Positions 34,580 to 43,407 of a DNA stretch of 64,000 nt are shown here, one piece after another (position 1 is the stretch's first letter; each line of letters starts with the position of its first letter). Position numbers and translations under genes: made by a program. The notes under the pieces are model-generated. The model did not search any database. It saw only the letters and a program-made list of their open reading frames with translations, and was not told the origin of the DNA. Source of the DNA: an uncultured Dehalococcoidia bacterium (lineage in GTDB: Bacteria > Chloroflexota > Dehalococcoidia > Lucifugimonadales > UBA2962); the NCBI GenBank assembly GCA_964637315.1, contig CAZWTT010000003.1, positions 64,022-128,021 on the forward strand, written 5' to 3'.

Positions 34580-37159
34580 TCAGTTTCTCGCATTTACAGC
34601 GGCTGGGGAGGTGAAAATCACCTCTAAGAGGATATCATTCGTCTGGGAGAACTCGAACCTGACAGTGGCCGCCGTTTGGACGGATGGCTCCGAGGATGCT
34701 GAATCTAGGCTGAAGCCCTCCGGGGCCTTCAACTCCACCGAGATGCCCCGGCGGGGTACACCCGGCTGTTTTTGCAACAGCAATCTGTACGTCAACCGGC
34801 CCTCTTCGACTTCCAGTGTCGAACCCGGCAGGTCATAGGCCAGCACGATCTCCCTGCTCGTCCCGGCTTCCACGATCGCCAGACCGGAGAAGACCGTCAT
34901 GCCGTGGCCGGCGGACAGCCTAGCCGTCTCTTGATCCGGCGTGCCAAACCCTGCCTCCACCGAGACGCTCTGCCCCGGCAATGGCAGCTCGCTATTTGCG
35001 AGCAGCCGCACGCCCTCCGGCATTAGAACTCGCACGTAGTTCCAATAGCAGGCATTTTTCAGAGTGCTGTAATCGGTTCCTCGATAGCGCCACTGTGGCT
35101 CGCAGGGAGGCGAGCCCGAATCACTATGGTTTTGGTAGCTCAGGCGCAGACTCGCCCGCGGACTCGCGGGGTCTGCGAGGTCGACAGCGTAGTCCAAGTT
35201 CCGCTGTATGTTGCGATCGACCTTGCTCCAACCGACGTTGGAGTCGAACACACCGAGGTAGTCGTGATCAACTGCCAGCAGTTCGCCACTCCACCCCTGT
35301 GCCCTGATGACCTCAGTCGCGTCCTCGTCGTTGACCTGGATCATCAAATCGCGGCTTTGTAGCGCGCGAAGGGTGGCCGAGGCGATGTCCAGGAGTTGTG
35401 ACAGGCCCTGGGGCCGCTTGAGCGAATCGAAGAGACCGCGGACCACCAGGTCCGAGTAGGACCTCCCGTGCTCGTCCGTGCCTCGCTCCATCAGGCTGAG
35501 GAAGTTCCGTTGGGTGATCGGCTCACCCCTGTCCGGTGAGGCCACCGAGCCCAGGGCCTGCACAAGCTCCAACATTCCCCACTGGTTTATGGCGATTACG
35601 CCGTCTACCGTGCGACGTTGACCGAGCTTGAATATGTCCTGTGCCGTCACCGCGCTGGTGGGGAAATCGGGATCCCAGGACACATCCCGCATGAGCCACA
35701 CCCAGCCGTTCATGTGCTCTTCCAGCCCCGGTGGACCTACGGGGTAGAGGGCAATACGGTCAAAGTCGTCGACCCGAACAACGTCGAAGTACTCAACTTG
35801 CTCTATGGCGCCTTGCGACAACGCTATGACCCATACAGCCGACACGAAGCCTCCGGTAGCCCGCAGCTCGTCCGCCGATTGCCCCAGCACTAGGTAGCTA
35901 CGATCCGCATCCGTGCCAAACAGGGTGCCGCCGATGCTTGATAGGCCGGAGACCAGGCCCAAACCCTCGTGAAAAGATCGAGCCGCCGCTGCGAGATCGG
36001 AGACCGGCCCGCGAAGCAGCGACGAGACGCCCTCCCGTTGCAGTTCGTCCAGGGAATCGGCTACCGCCTCGGACTGTTCAATCGCCACGTCGAGGCGTTC
36101 CACGTTCTGCGCTATCGAGTCGAGCGCAGCGGCCAGGCCCTCTCCACTCAGCAGGCCCCGTGCCTCGTCGGACGCCAGATCGAGCACCGGACGCAAGACC
36201 TCGATTCCCATGCCGGCGGCCGAAGTTAGATCGCCTGTCGATGCCAACAAGATGTTCAACGCCGCGAGGTCGCTCCGCAGGGCGTCAACGTCTCCGAGCC
36301 CATCGAGCATGTCGGCGATCCGTCCGACCAGCCTTTCGGCTTCTTCGGAACTCCCCTCGATCGCGGCAAGTATGCTAGCCAGATCGTTGCTGTCGGGAAG
36401 TTCGGAGTCGTTCCCGCCGAGGATCGGACCGACGATTGGCTTGGCCTGCTCGGCAATTTCCAGTGCGACGTCAAGGAGGTCGGTGGTTGCTAGCCCCACT
36501 CCGCCGGCGGCTATCATGCGGGTCTCGACGGACCTTATGCGGTCCATCGACGACCGGACTCCGGGCAGCCCAAGCGCCACGCCTCCAGGATTGGAACGCG
36601 GCCAACCATGATCTAGAAGGTCGGTCGCCCGGGTGAATTCGTCGCGAGCCTTGTCTACGGTTCTTTTCGTGTTTTCAACCGCGTCGCCGGAGAAGGCGAC
36701 TCCCACAGCCCCGGACGCCCCGGTCATGGCCTCGTCTCCCGCAATGAGGGCGCGTGCGGCCTCCACGTTGCGCTCAGCACGAGTGGCGGCAATCTCCCAT
36801 GAGGTCAGTTCCCGTTCCAGTAGGGGCACCCACGAGAGTCCTTTGGACATCTGACCCACCCAGCGAAACGCGATAGTGGTGGCCGAGAGGTCTGAACGTA
36901 GGTCATCCACGTCACGACGCAGGCTTTCCAACCCGACCGGATCGGGGCCATACAGCGAGGAGGACGAGACCGATGTCAGCCTGTCGACTCGATCGCCCGC
37001 GGTTACCGCCAGCGGGATCATGTAGGCGGCCGCGCTCCAGACCGCCAGCCCCACAGCCACCATCGATAGGGCGAGCGGTAACTGCCAGCGCAGGTCGAGC
37101 GATGGAGGCGCGGAGGATGTGGATGGCCGGGACCGGCCATTTGAGGTGTCTGAATTCAC
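34580..37159 (-). CDS. DUF4012-domain membrane-anchored protein
   Basis: 859 aa with one N-terminal TM and a long helical region. The core reads YLVLGQSADELRATGGFVSAVWVIAL, typical of DUF4012 as I remember it. Confidence 0.78.
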   Translation of the reverse strand: MNSDTSNGRSRPSTSSAPPSLDLRWQLPLALSMVAVGLAVWSAAAYMIPLAVTAGDRVDRLTSVSSSSLYGPDPVGLESLRRDVDDLRSDLSATTIAFRWVGQMSKGLSWVPLLERELTSWEIAATRAERNVEAARALIAGDEAMTGASGAVGVAFSGDAVENTKRTVDKARDEFTRATDLLDHGWPRSNPGGVALGLPGVRSSMDRIRSVETRMIAAGGVGLATTDLLDVALEIAEQAKPIVGPILGGNDSELPDSNDLASILAAIEGSSEEAERLVGRIADMLDGLGDVDALRSDLAALNILLASTGDLTSAAGMGIEVLRPVLDLASDEARGLLSGEGLAAALDSIAQNVERLDVAIEQSEAVADSLDELQREGVSSLLRGPVSDLAAAARSFHEGLGLVSGLSSIGGTLFGTDADRSYLVLGQSADELRATGGFVSAVWVIALSQGAIEQVEYFDVVRVDDFDRIALYPVGPPGLEEHMNGWVWLMRDVSWDPDFPTSAVTAQDIFKLGQRRTVDGVIAINQWGMLELVQALGSVASPDRGEPITQRNFLSLMERGTDEHGRSYSDLVVRGLFDSLKRPQGLSQLLDIASATLRALQSRDLMIQVNDEDATEVIRAQGWSGELLAVDHDYLGVFDSNVGWSKVDRNIQRNLDYAVDLADPASPRASLRLSYQNHSDSGSPPCEPQWRYRGTDYSTLKNACYWNYVRVLMPEGVRLLANSELPLPGQSVSVEAGFGTPDQETARLSAGHGMTVFSGLAIVEAGTSREIVLAYDLPGSTLEVEEGRLTYRLLLQKQPGVPRRGISVELKAPEGFSLDSASSEPSVQTAATVRFEFSQTNDILLEVIFTSPAAVNARN

Positions 37160-37265
37160 CGAGGGATGGGCTCCGCGAAAAGTATACGTGCTGGGGAGTC
37201 AACCTAACCCCCGCCCACACCCTCCGCGCGTTCCGATGCCCAAGCCGCAGACACCACGAAACCGC

Positions 37266-37294
37266 TTGACGATGCGCTGGAGGGGCAATATAGT
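37266..37294 (+). promoter_or_regulatory. sigma70-type promoter TTGACG-17 nt-TATAGT placed for a leaderless transcript of the wHTH regulator
   Basis: TTGACG at 37266-37271, a spacer of exactly 17 nt, and TATAGT at 37289-37294. The ATG at 37302 lies 7 nt after the -10. Confidence 0.5.
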
Positions 37295-37301
37295 CCGAAT
37301 C

Positions 37302-37991
37302 ATGCGTTCGGACCGTGAACATAGCGTCGCTTCTACCGTCGCCCTGAGGGAGTTACAAGTGTTGGAAGAGGTCAGCCACCGACCCCACGTCAGCCAGCGC
37401 CAACTCGCCGATCGCCTTGGCGTAGCTCTCGGAGCCACCAATGTCCTGATCCGCCGACTCGCCGATCAAGGCTACATTCAGGCGTCTAAGGTCGGCTGGC
37501 GGCGCTGGTCCTACGCGATAACGGCCACGGGTGTCACACACAAAGCCTTCCTCGCACAGGGAGTCGTCGAGCGGTTCCTGCATAGGTACAACTCTTTCCG
37601 GGCCGCCGTCAGGGCGGAGCTGGAGGAGGCTGGAATCTCGAAAAAATCTCGCGTGGCGGTGGTCGGCTCGGAGGAGATGACCGAGTTGGTGTACTTGGCC
37701 CTTACTGATCTCGGGATCGACGACATCGTATTTTACGCGGCGCAGCCGCCGTCGGCCGGCGCATCGGCGAAGCGTAAGGTACTGGGCCGGCCGATGCAGC
37801 ACCTCGATGCGATCATCGGCGCTACGGAGTCGCCCGAGCACGGCGCAGTCGTCGTTGCGACCGCCGGTAACCCGGCCGACCTGGTCGCATGGCTGAAAGA
37901 CAACGGAGTGTGCGAGGACCGCGTCGTGACACTTTTCAGTAGCAGGGTTGGAGAGTTGACTGCTAACTCTCCGGATCGTGACGGGTTTTAG
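37302..37991 (+). CDS. winged-helix (MarR-like, EPS-locus-associated) transcriptional regulator with C-terminal Rossmann-like extension
   Basis: LQVLEEVSHRPHVSQRQLADRLGVALGATNVLIRRLADQGYI (wHTH). The track ORF starts at 37119, but that start overlaps the divergent DUF4012 gene and is Pro/Arg-rich. The promoter geometry supports 37302. Confidence 0.65.
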   Translation: MRSDREHSVASTVALRELQVLEEVSHRPHVSQRQLADRLGVALGATNVLIRRLADQGYIQASKVGWRRWSYAITATGVTHKAFLAQGVVERFLHRYNSFRAAVRAELEEAGISKKSRVAVVGSEEMTELVYLALTDLGIDDIVFYAAQPPSAGASAKRKVLGRPMQHLDAIIGATESPEHGAVVVATAGNPADLVAWLKDNGVCEDRVVTLFSSRVGELTANSPDRDGF

Positions 37992-38054
37992 GTTTCGGCG
38001 GGTGGACGATAGTTGCCCCGGTCGGAACGCGGCAAACACAACCTGGGGATTTGA

Positions 38055-39374
38055 GTGAAGCAGCAGTTCCTCCATAAGCTGGAAAAACAAGATGCGGTGG
38101 TGGCGGTAGTCGGCGTCGGCTATGTCGGCCTCCCTCTCGCCCTCGCCTTCGCCGAGGGAGGCATGGAGGTGATTGGCGTTGACTTGGATTCGAGCAGGGT
38201 GGAAGCTCTCAACGCCGGGATCAGCCACATCCCGGACGTCTCGCACGAGAGCCTGTCCAAACGGGTGGATACTGGCTCGCTCCGGGCCACGACCGAATTC
38301 GATGCGCTCAACGAGGCGGACGCCGTCATCATCTGCGTTCCCACGCCACTGGCGAAGACCAGGGAACCAGACCTGTCGGCGGTCGTGTCGGCCTGCGACG
38401 AGGTGGCCGGTCGCCTGCACCCGGGGATGGTCGTGGTGCTGGAGAGCACCACGTACCCCGGTACGACGGAAGAGGTGATACTGCCCAGGCTTTCCTCGCC
38501 ATCGTGCAACTGGGGCATGGAGGTCGGCAGGGACTACTTCGTGGCGTTCTCGCCGGAGCGGATAGACCCCGGCCGTACCGATTACACTGTCCGGACGACA
38601 CCCAAGGTGGTCGGAGGCATGACCGGTGACTGCACGGAGGTCGCGGTGGCGCTGTACGAGACCGCAATCGACAGGGTCGTTCCCGTCTCCTCTCCCAAGG
38701 TCGCCGAGATGGTCAAGCTGCTTGAAAATACCTTTCGAGCCGTCAACATCGGACTGGTGAACGAGGTCGCGATCATGTGCGACCACCTGGGCATCGACGT
38801 ATGGGAGGTGATCGACGCCGCCGGTAGCAAACCGTTCGGGTACGTGCCTTTCTACCCGGGTCCGGGTCTCGGTGGCCACTGCATCCCCGTAGACCCCCAC
38901 TACCTGTCATGGAAGCTGCGGACGCTCAACTACGACGCCCGGTTCATCGACCTAGCGGCGCAGGTAAACATGAGTATGCCACAGTACGTCGTCCAGAAGG
39001 TGGCCGACGCTCTGAACCGGACCGGTCGGTCTCTGAACGGATCGCGCATCCTGCTCCTCGGCGCCGCCTACAAGGCCGACGTATCTGACACGCGCGAGTC
39101 CCCGAGCTTGGAGTTGATCTCCCATCTTAAAGCGCGGGGTGCAACCGTCGTATACAACGACCCTTACGTGCCGCAAATAGACGTGGAAGGCGTTCCGATG
39201 GAGTCGGTGGAACTCACGGATCAGGAGTTGGGAGCGGCGGACTGTGTGGTGATCGCGACCAATCACTCCTCATACGACTGGGAGCAAATACTGGAGGCGA
39301 GCAGCTTGGTAATGGACACGCGAAACGCAACAGGGGCACTGGCCGCCGACCAGAACAAGGTGGTGAAGCTGTGA
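38055..39374 (+). CDS. nucleotide-sugar 6-dehydrogenase (UDP-glucose/GDP-mannose dehydrogenase family; UDP-N-acetyl-hexosamine type likely)
   Basis: 439 aa with VVGVGYVGLPLALAFAEGG (NAD) and the catalytic Cys in GPGLGGHCIPVDP. Confidence 0.9.
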   Translation: MKQQFLHKLEKQDAVVAVVGVGYVGLPLALAFAEGGMEVIGVDLDSSRVEALNAGISHIPDVSHESLSKRVDTGSLRATTEFDALNEADAVIICVPTPLAKTREPDLSAVVSACDEVAGRLHPGMVVVLESTTYPGTTEEVILPRLSSPSCNWGMEVGRDYFVAFSPERIDPGRTDYTVRTTPKVVGGMTGDCTEVAVALYETAIDRVVPVSSPKVAEMVKLLENTFRAVNIGLVNEVAIMCDHLGIDVWEVIDAAGSKPFGYVPFYPGPGLGGHCIPVDPHYLSWKLRTLNYDARFIDLAAQVNMSMPQYVVQKVADALNRTGRSLNGSRILLLGAAYKADVSDTRESPSLELISHLKARGATVVYNDPYVPQIDVEGVPMESVELTDQELGAADCVVIATNHSSYDWEQILEASSLVMDTRNATGALAADQNKVVKL

Positions 39375-40387
39375 CTGTCGCCGGCTCTCATTCGGGCGAT
39401 TCGATTAACCGGGGCGGCCGCGCACTCATCACCGGTGGCGCCGGCTTCGTCGGATCCCACCTCGCCGAAGTCCTGCTGGCTCGTGGCTACCGGGTCACCG
39501 CGATCGACGACGTGACCACCGGGCGCCTGAACAACGTCGAGCACCTGCGTAGCGCGGACGGGTTCTCGCTTGTCGTCGACTCCATTACAAACGAGGTTGT
39601 GATGGACCGACTGGTCAGCGAGTCCGACATCGTCTTTCACTTGGCGGCGGCCGTGGGGGTGGACCTGATTATCAACGACGCGGTTCACGTAATCGAAACC
39701 AACATACTGGGTACACACGCGGTCTTGAACGCTGCCGCCCGCTACCGGAGCAAGGTCATGCTGGCCTCCACGTCGGAGATCTACGGCAAGAGCGAGTCAC
39801 CGCCATTCGCCGAGGACGACGATCGGCTCATGGGGCCCACGACCAGGTCACGCTGGTGCTACGCAGCCTCCAAGGCGGTCGACGAGTTTCTGGCCTTGGC
39901 GTACTTCAAGCAGAAGGGTTTGCCGGTGACCATCTTCCGGCTCTTCAATACCGTCGGCCCCCGCCAGACGGGGATGTACGGCATGGTCGTGCCACGGTTT
40001 GTAAAACAGGCCGTTAAGGGTGATGCGCTTACCGTCTACGGTGACGGGACTCAGACCCGGTGTTTTTGCGATGTCAGGGACGTGGTCCGCGCGATCGTCG
40101 GCCTGGCCGAGTCGGACGCCGCGGTGGGAGGTGTTTTCAACATCGGTTCGGAGCGAGAAATCTCGATCATGGACCTCGCCCTGCTTGTGCGCCGTGTCGT
40201 CGGGTCCGGTGCCGAGCCGACTCTTGTGTCGTATGAGGAAGCCTACAGTCCTGGTTTCGAGGACATGGTGAGAAGAATTCCCGACACCTCCAGGATTAGG
40301 GAGGTGATCGACTGGATGCCCGAGATCGACCTGGAAACCACCATCTCCGACGTCGCGGCCGACCTTTCAACTGTCCGATCGCCCTAG
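39371..40387 (+). CDS. NAD-dependent sugar-nucleotide epimerase/dehydratase (extended SDR)
   Basis: 338 aa with ITGGAGFVGSHL and the YAASK catalytic pair. It overlaps the upstream gene by 4 nt. Confidence 0.88.
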   Translation: MTVAGSHSGDSINRGGRALITGGAGFVGSHLAEVLLARGYRVTAIDDVTTGRLNNVEHLRSADGFSLVVDSITNEVVMDRLVSESDIVFHLAAAVGVDLIINDAVHVIETNILGTHAVLNAAARYRSKVMLASTSEIYGKSESPPFAEDDDRLMGPTTRSRWCYAASKAVDEFLALAYFKQKGLPVTIFRLFNTVGPRQTGMYGMVVPRFVKQAVKGDALTVYGDGTQTRCFCDVRDVVRAIVGLAESDAAVGGVFNIGSEREISIMDLALLVRRVVGSGAEPTLVSYEEAYSPGFEDMVRRIPDTSRIREVIDWMPEIDLETTISDVAADLSTVRSP

Positions 40388-40394
40388 TGGCCGT

Positions 40395-41495
40395 TTGAGA
40401 GTAGTACACATAGTGGGCGCCCGACCCAACTTCATGAAGATCGCCCCGGTCATCGACGCCCTGAGTGGCCTGGGCGAGGACGTTGGTCAGACGCTCGTTC
40501 ATACCGGCCAGCACTACGACGAAGAGATGTCACAGGTCTTCTTCCGGGACCTGGGACTGCGGTCGCCCGACGTCAATCTGGAGGTCGGCTCCGGCAGCCA
40601 TGCGGCCCAGACGGCGGCCGTCATGAGCGCCTGTGAGCCTGTTTTCGAACGGGAGCGCCCCGACTGGGTCGTGGTCGTGGGCGACGTCAACTCGACGCTG
40701 GCGGGGGCGCTGACCGCCAGTAAAATGGGCATTCGCGTGGCGCATGTGGAGGCCGGATTGCGGTCCTTTGACAGGACGATGCCGGAAGAGCACAATCGGA
40801 TCGTCACCGACCATCTCGCCGACCTGCTCCTCACCCCGTCGCGGGACGCCGACGTCAATTTGTCCCGCGAGGGCATAGCCCCGGAACGCATCAGATTCGT
40901 CGGTAACGTGATGATCGATACTCTTGTCCGCCTACTGCCGGCCGCCGCCGCCCTGTGGCCGGGGCTGTCCGACCGACTCGGTGGACTGGAGCGAGGTGGA
41001 TACGCGTTGGTCACCCTGCACCGTCCGTCCAACGTAGACCGGCCCGAATCCCTGAAGGCGATCATGGCCGACCTAGCATTTTTTGCGGAGTCGATTCCCG
41101 TGATATTCCCGGTCCACCCCCGTACCCGTGGCCGCCTAGAGGCCCAGGGCGGTTCCGACCTGAGTAAGTATCTGGAAATGGTCGAACCACTTGGTTACCT
41201 CGACTTCTTGTCGCTCCAAAGCAACGCCCGCCTAGTCGTGACCGACTCCGGTGGACTCCAGGAGGAAACCACTTTTATGGGGGTGCCGTGCGTCACCGTG
41301 CGGGAGAACACCGAGAGGCCGATCACCATAGAGCAGGGGACCAACACACTGGCTCCGCCATCTCGACTGCGCAAGACTCTTCACTCGGCGCTCTCTGAGG
41401 CGGTGCCGTCTGGCCAGCCCGAATTGGAGTTCTGGGACGGCCAGGCTGGGAAGCGCGTGGCCCGGGCTCTAACCGAGGCCCCGAGAGGCCGCTGA
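40395..41495 (+). CDS. wecB: UDP-N-acetylglucosamine 2-epimerase (non-hydrolysing)
   Basis: 366 aa with VGARPNFMKIAPV, HVEAGLRSFD and TDSGGLQEE. Confidence 0.9.
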   Translation: MRVVHIVGARPNFMKIAPVIDALSGLGEDVGQTLVHTGQHYDEEMSQVFFRDLGLRSPDVNLEVGSGSHAAQTAAVMSACEPVFERERPDWVVVVGDVNSTLAGALTASKMGIRVAHVEAGLRSFDRTMPEEHNRIVTDHLADLLLTPSRDADVNLSREGIAPERIRFVGNVMIDTLVRLLPAAAALWPGLSDRLGGLERGGYALVTLHRPSNVDRPESLKAIMADLAFFAESIPVIFPVHPRTRGRLEAQGGSDLSKYLEMVEPLGYLDFLSLQSNARLVVTDSGGLQEETTFMGVPCVTVRENTERPITIEQGTNTLAPPSRLRKTLHSALSEAVPSGQPELEFWDGQAGKRVARALTEAPRGR

Positions 41496-41496
41496 A

Positions 41497-43407
41497 GTGT
41501 GTGGGTTCGTCGGCGCCTTTTTCGCGCCCGGTAACGGAGGGGTCGACCGGACGGCGCTTGACCGCTCCACCGAGACGCTCCTGCATCGCGGCCCCGACGA
41601 CTCTGGAAGCTTCGTCTCTGGAGACTGTCGCTACGGCGTCGGCTTTCGGCGGCTGAGCATCATCGACCCCGCCAGGGGCCACCAGCCGATCATCGGCTCG
41701 GACGGCGACATCTGCGTGACCGTGAACGGTGAAATCTACAACCACACCGAGCTTCGATCGGAGCTTGAGCGTCTGGGCCACCACTATCGCACGGACTCGG
41801 ACTCCGAGGCGGTCCTGCACGGCTACGAAGAGTGGGGCGACGCCATGGTGGACCGGTTGCGTGGCATGTTCGCGCTGGCGGTCTTTGACGGCCGCCAGAA
41901 CGGAGCCGGACGACTTCTGCTCGCCCGTGACCGACTGGGTGTTAAGCCGCTCTACCATCGCTCGACGCCGGACGGGCTGGTCTTCGCATCGGAGATCAAG
42001 GCGATACTGACGTGGCCCGGCGTCTCGGCGGAGGTCGACGATTTGGCCCTGGGCCACTACCTCACACTGTCCGCGACCCCGGCTCCTCGCACGATGTTCG
42101 AGGGAATCTCCAAGCTCCGACCGGGCCACCGGCTGACCGTCGATTCGGACTGCCGCGTCGAGACCCGGCCCTACTGGGACCCGACGTCCGGAATTTTCGA
42201 CCTGGGCGACGCATCCGAACACCAAGTCGCGGGACTGGTGCGGGACGGCCTGCGCGAGTCTATAGGCCTGCGCATGATGAGTGACGTGCCGTTTGGCGTC
42301 TTTCTTAGCGGCGGCGTCGACTCCAGCCTCAACGTGGCGATGATGAGCGAGATGATGGGCAGGCCGGTTGACACCTTCTCCGTCTCACTCCAGGGCGACC
42401 CCGAATCGGACGAGCGCGAGCACGCGCGCCGGGTGGCCAAGCACTTCGGAGCCAAACACAGAGAAGTCGAGGTCACGCCGGATCAATTCGTGGAGTTCCT
42501 GCCGCGCATGGTCCACCACCAGGATGAGCCCCTCGCCGATCCCGTCTGTGTGCCCCTCTACTTTGTGAGCAAGCTGGCGAAGGACAGTGGGACCACCGTC
42601 GTACAGGTGGGAGAGGGGGCGGACGAGCTGTTCGCCGGCTACAACGGCTACGCGGTGATGAGCGACTTCCACCGCCGCCTCTTCGGACCGTTCGCCCGGC
42701 TACCCGCACCGGTCAAACGGATCGCCGCCGCCGCCGTGCCGGGCCTTATGCGCGGTCGCAGGGCGGAGTACATGCGCAGGGCCGCCGAGGATGAAGAGTT
42801 GTTTTGGGGTGGAGCCGTCGTCTTCTCCGACAGAGAAAAAACCAAGTTGGTCCGCATCAGTGGTGGCGAAGGTAGTTACAGGGAGATTATTTCCGGGTAC
42901 TACGCAGAGTACGACCGGGCCAAGCCGGGAATGCCGTTCCTCGACCGGGCCATCCACGTCGAGTTGCGCCACCGTCTGCCGGAGCTGCTGCTCATGCGCG
43001 TTGACAAGATGAGCATGGCCGCCTCGGTGGAGGCGCGGGTGCCGTTCCTCGACCACAAGCTGGTCGAACTGGCGCTGTCCATCCCGTCGTCCCTGAAGTA
43101 CAAACACGGTCGGACCAAGCACATCCTCAAGGAGGCGGCCGGACCGCTGTTGCCGTCCGACGTCATCGATCGGCCGAAAAAGGGTTTTTGCGGAGGAACC
43201 ACCAACATGATCGGTCCGGCGGTGGCGGACTACGCGACTGGCGTCATCCGCTCGTCCGACTTCCTCGCCAGCCGACTTCAAATGTCCCGTGTCGACGCCA
43301 TAGTCGACGAGCATCGGTCCGGTAAGGCGAATCGGGGTGCTGAGGTCTGGTCTCTGATGAACTTGGCCCTGTGGCACCGGGTCTGGATAGAGGGTCGCGA
43401 CTCTTGA
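41497..43407 (+). CDS. asparagine synthase (glutamine-hydrolysing)-like amidotransferase
   Basis: 636 aa with an N-terminal MCGF (Cys2 nucleophile) and the PP-loop FLSGGVDSS. In this context it is probably a glycan amidotransferase (inference). Confidence 0.88.
   Translation: MCGFVGAFFAPGNGGVDRTALDRSTETLLHRGPDDSGSFVSGDCRYGVGFRRLSIIDPARGHQPIIGSDGDICVTVNGEIYNHTELRSELERLGHHYRTDSDSEAVLHGYEEWGDAMVDRLRGMFALAVFDGRQNGAGRLLLARDRLGVKPLYHRSTPDGLVFASEIKAILTWPGVSAEVDDLALGHYLTLSATPAPRTMFEGISKLRPGHRLTVDSDCRVETRPYWDPTSGIFDLGDASEHQVAGLVRDGLRESIGLRMMSDVPFGVFLSGGVDSSLNVAMMSEMMGRPVDTFSVSLQGDPESDEREHARRVAKHFGAKHREVEVTPDQFVEFLPRMVHHQDEPLADPVCVPLYFVSKLAKDSGTTVVQVGEGADELFAGYNGYAVMSDFHRRLFGPFARLPAPVKRIAAAAVPGLMRGRRAEYMRRAAEDEELFWGGAVVFSDREKTKLVRISGGEGSYREIISGYYAEYDRAKPGMPFLDRAIHVELRHRLPELLLMRVDKMSMAASVEARVPFLDHKLVELALSIPSSLKYKHGRTKHILKEAAGPLLPSDVIDRPKKGFCGGTTNMIGPAVADYATGVIRSSDFLASRLQMSRVDAIVDEHRSGKANRGAEVWSLMNLALWHRVWIEGRDS

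Noticed and set aside
37353-38900. 515-aa minus-strand ORF, one of the longest in the track.
   Set aside because: It runs antisense to two well-supported plus-strand genes: the wHTH regulator and the nucleotide-sugar dehydrogenase with clear NAD and catalytic-Cys motifs. It has an Arg/His/Gly/Val-rich composition with no recognisable motif. This is a typical high-GC shadow ORF.
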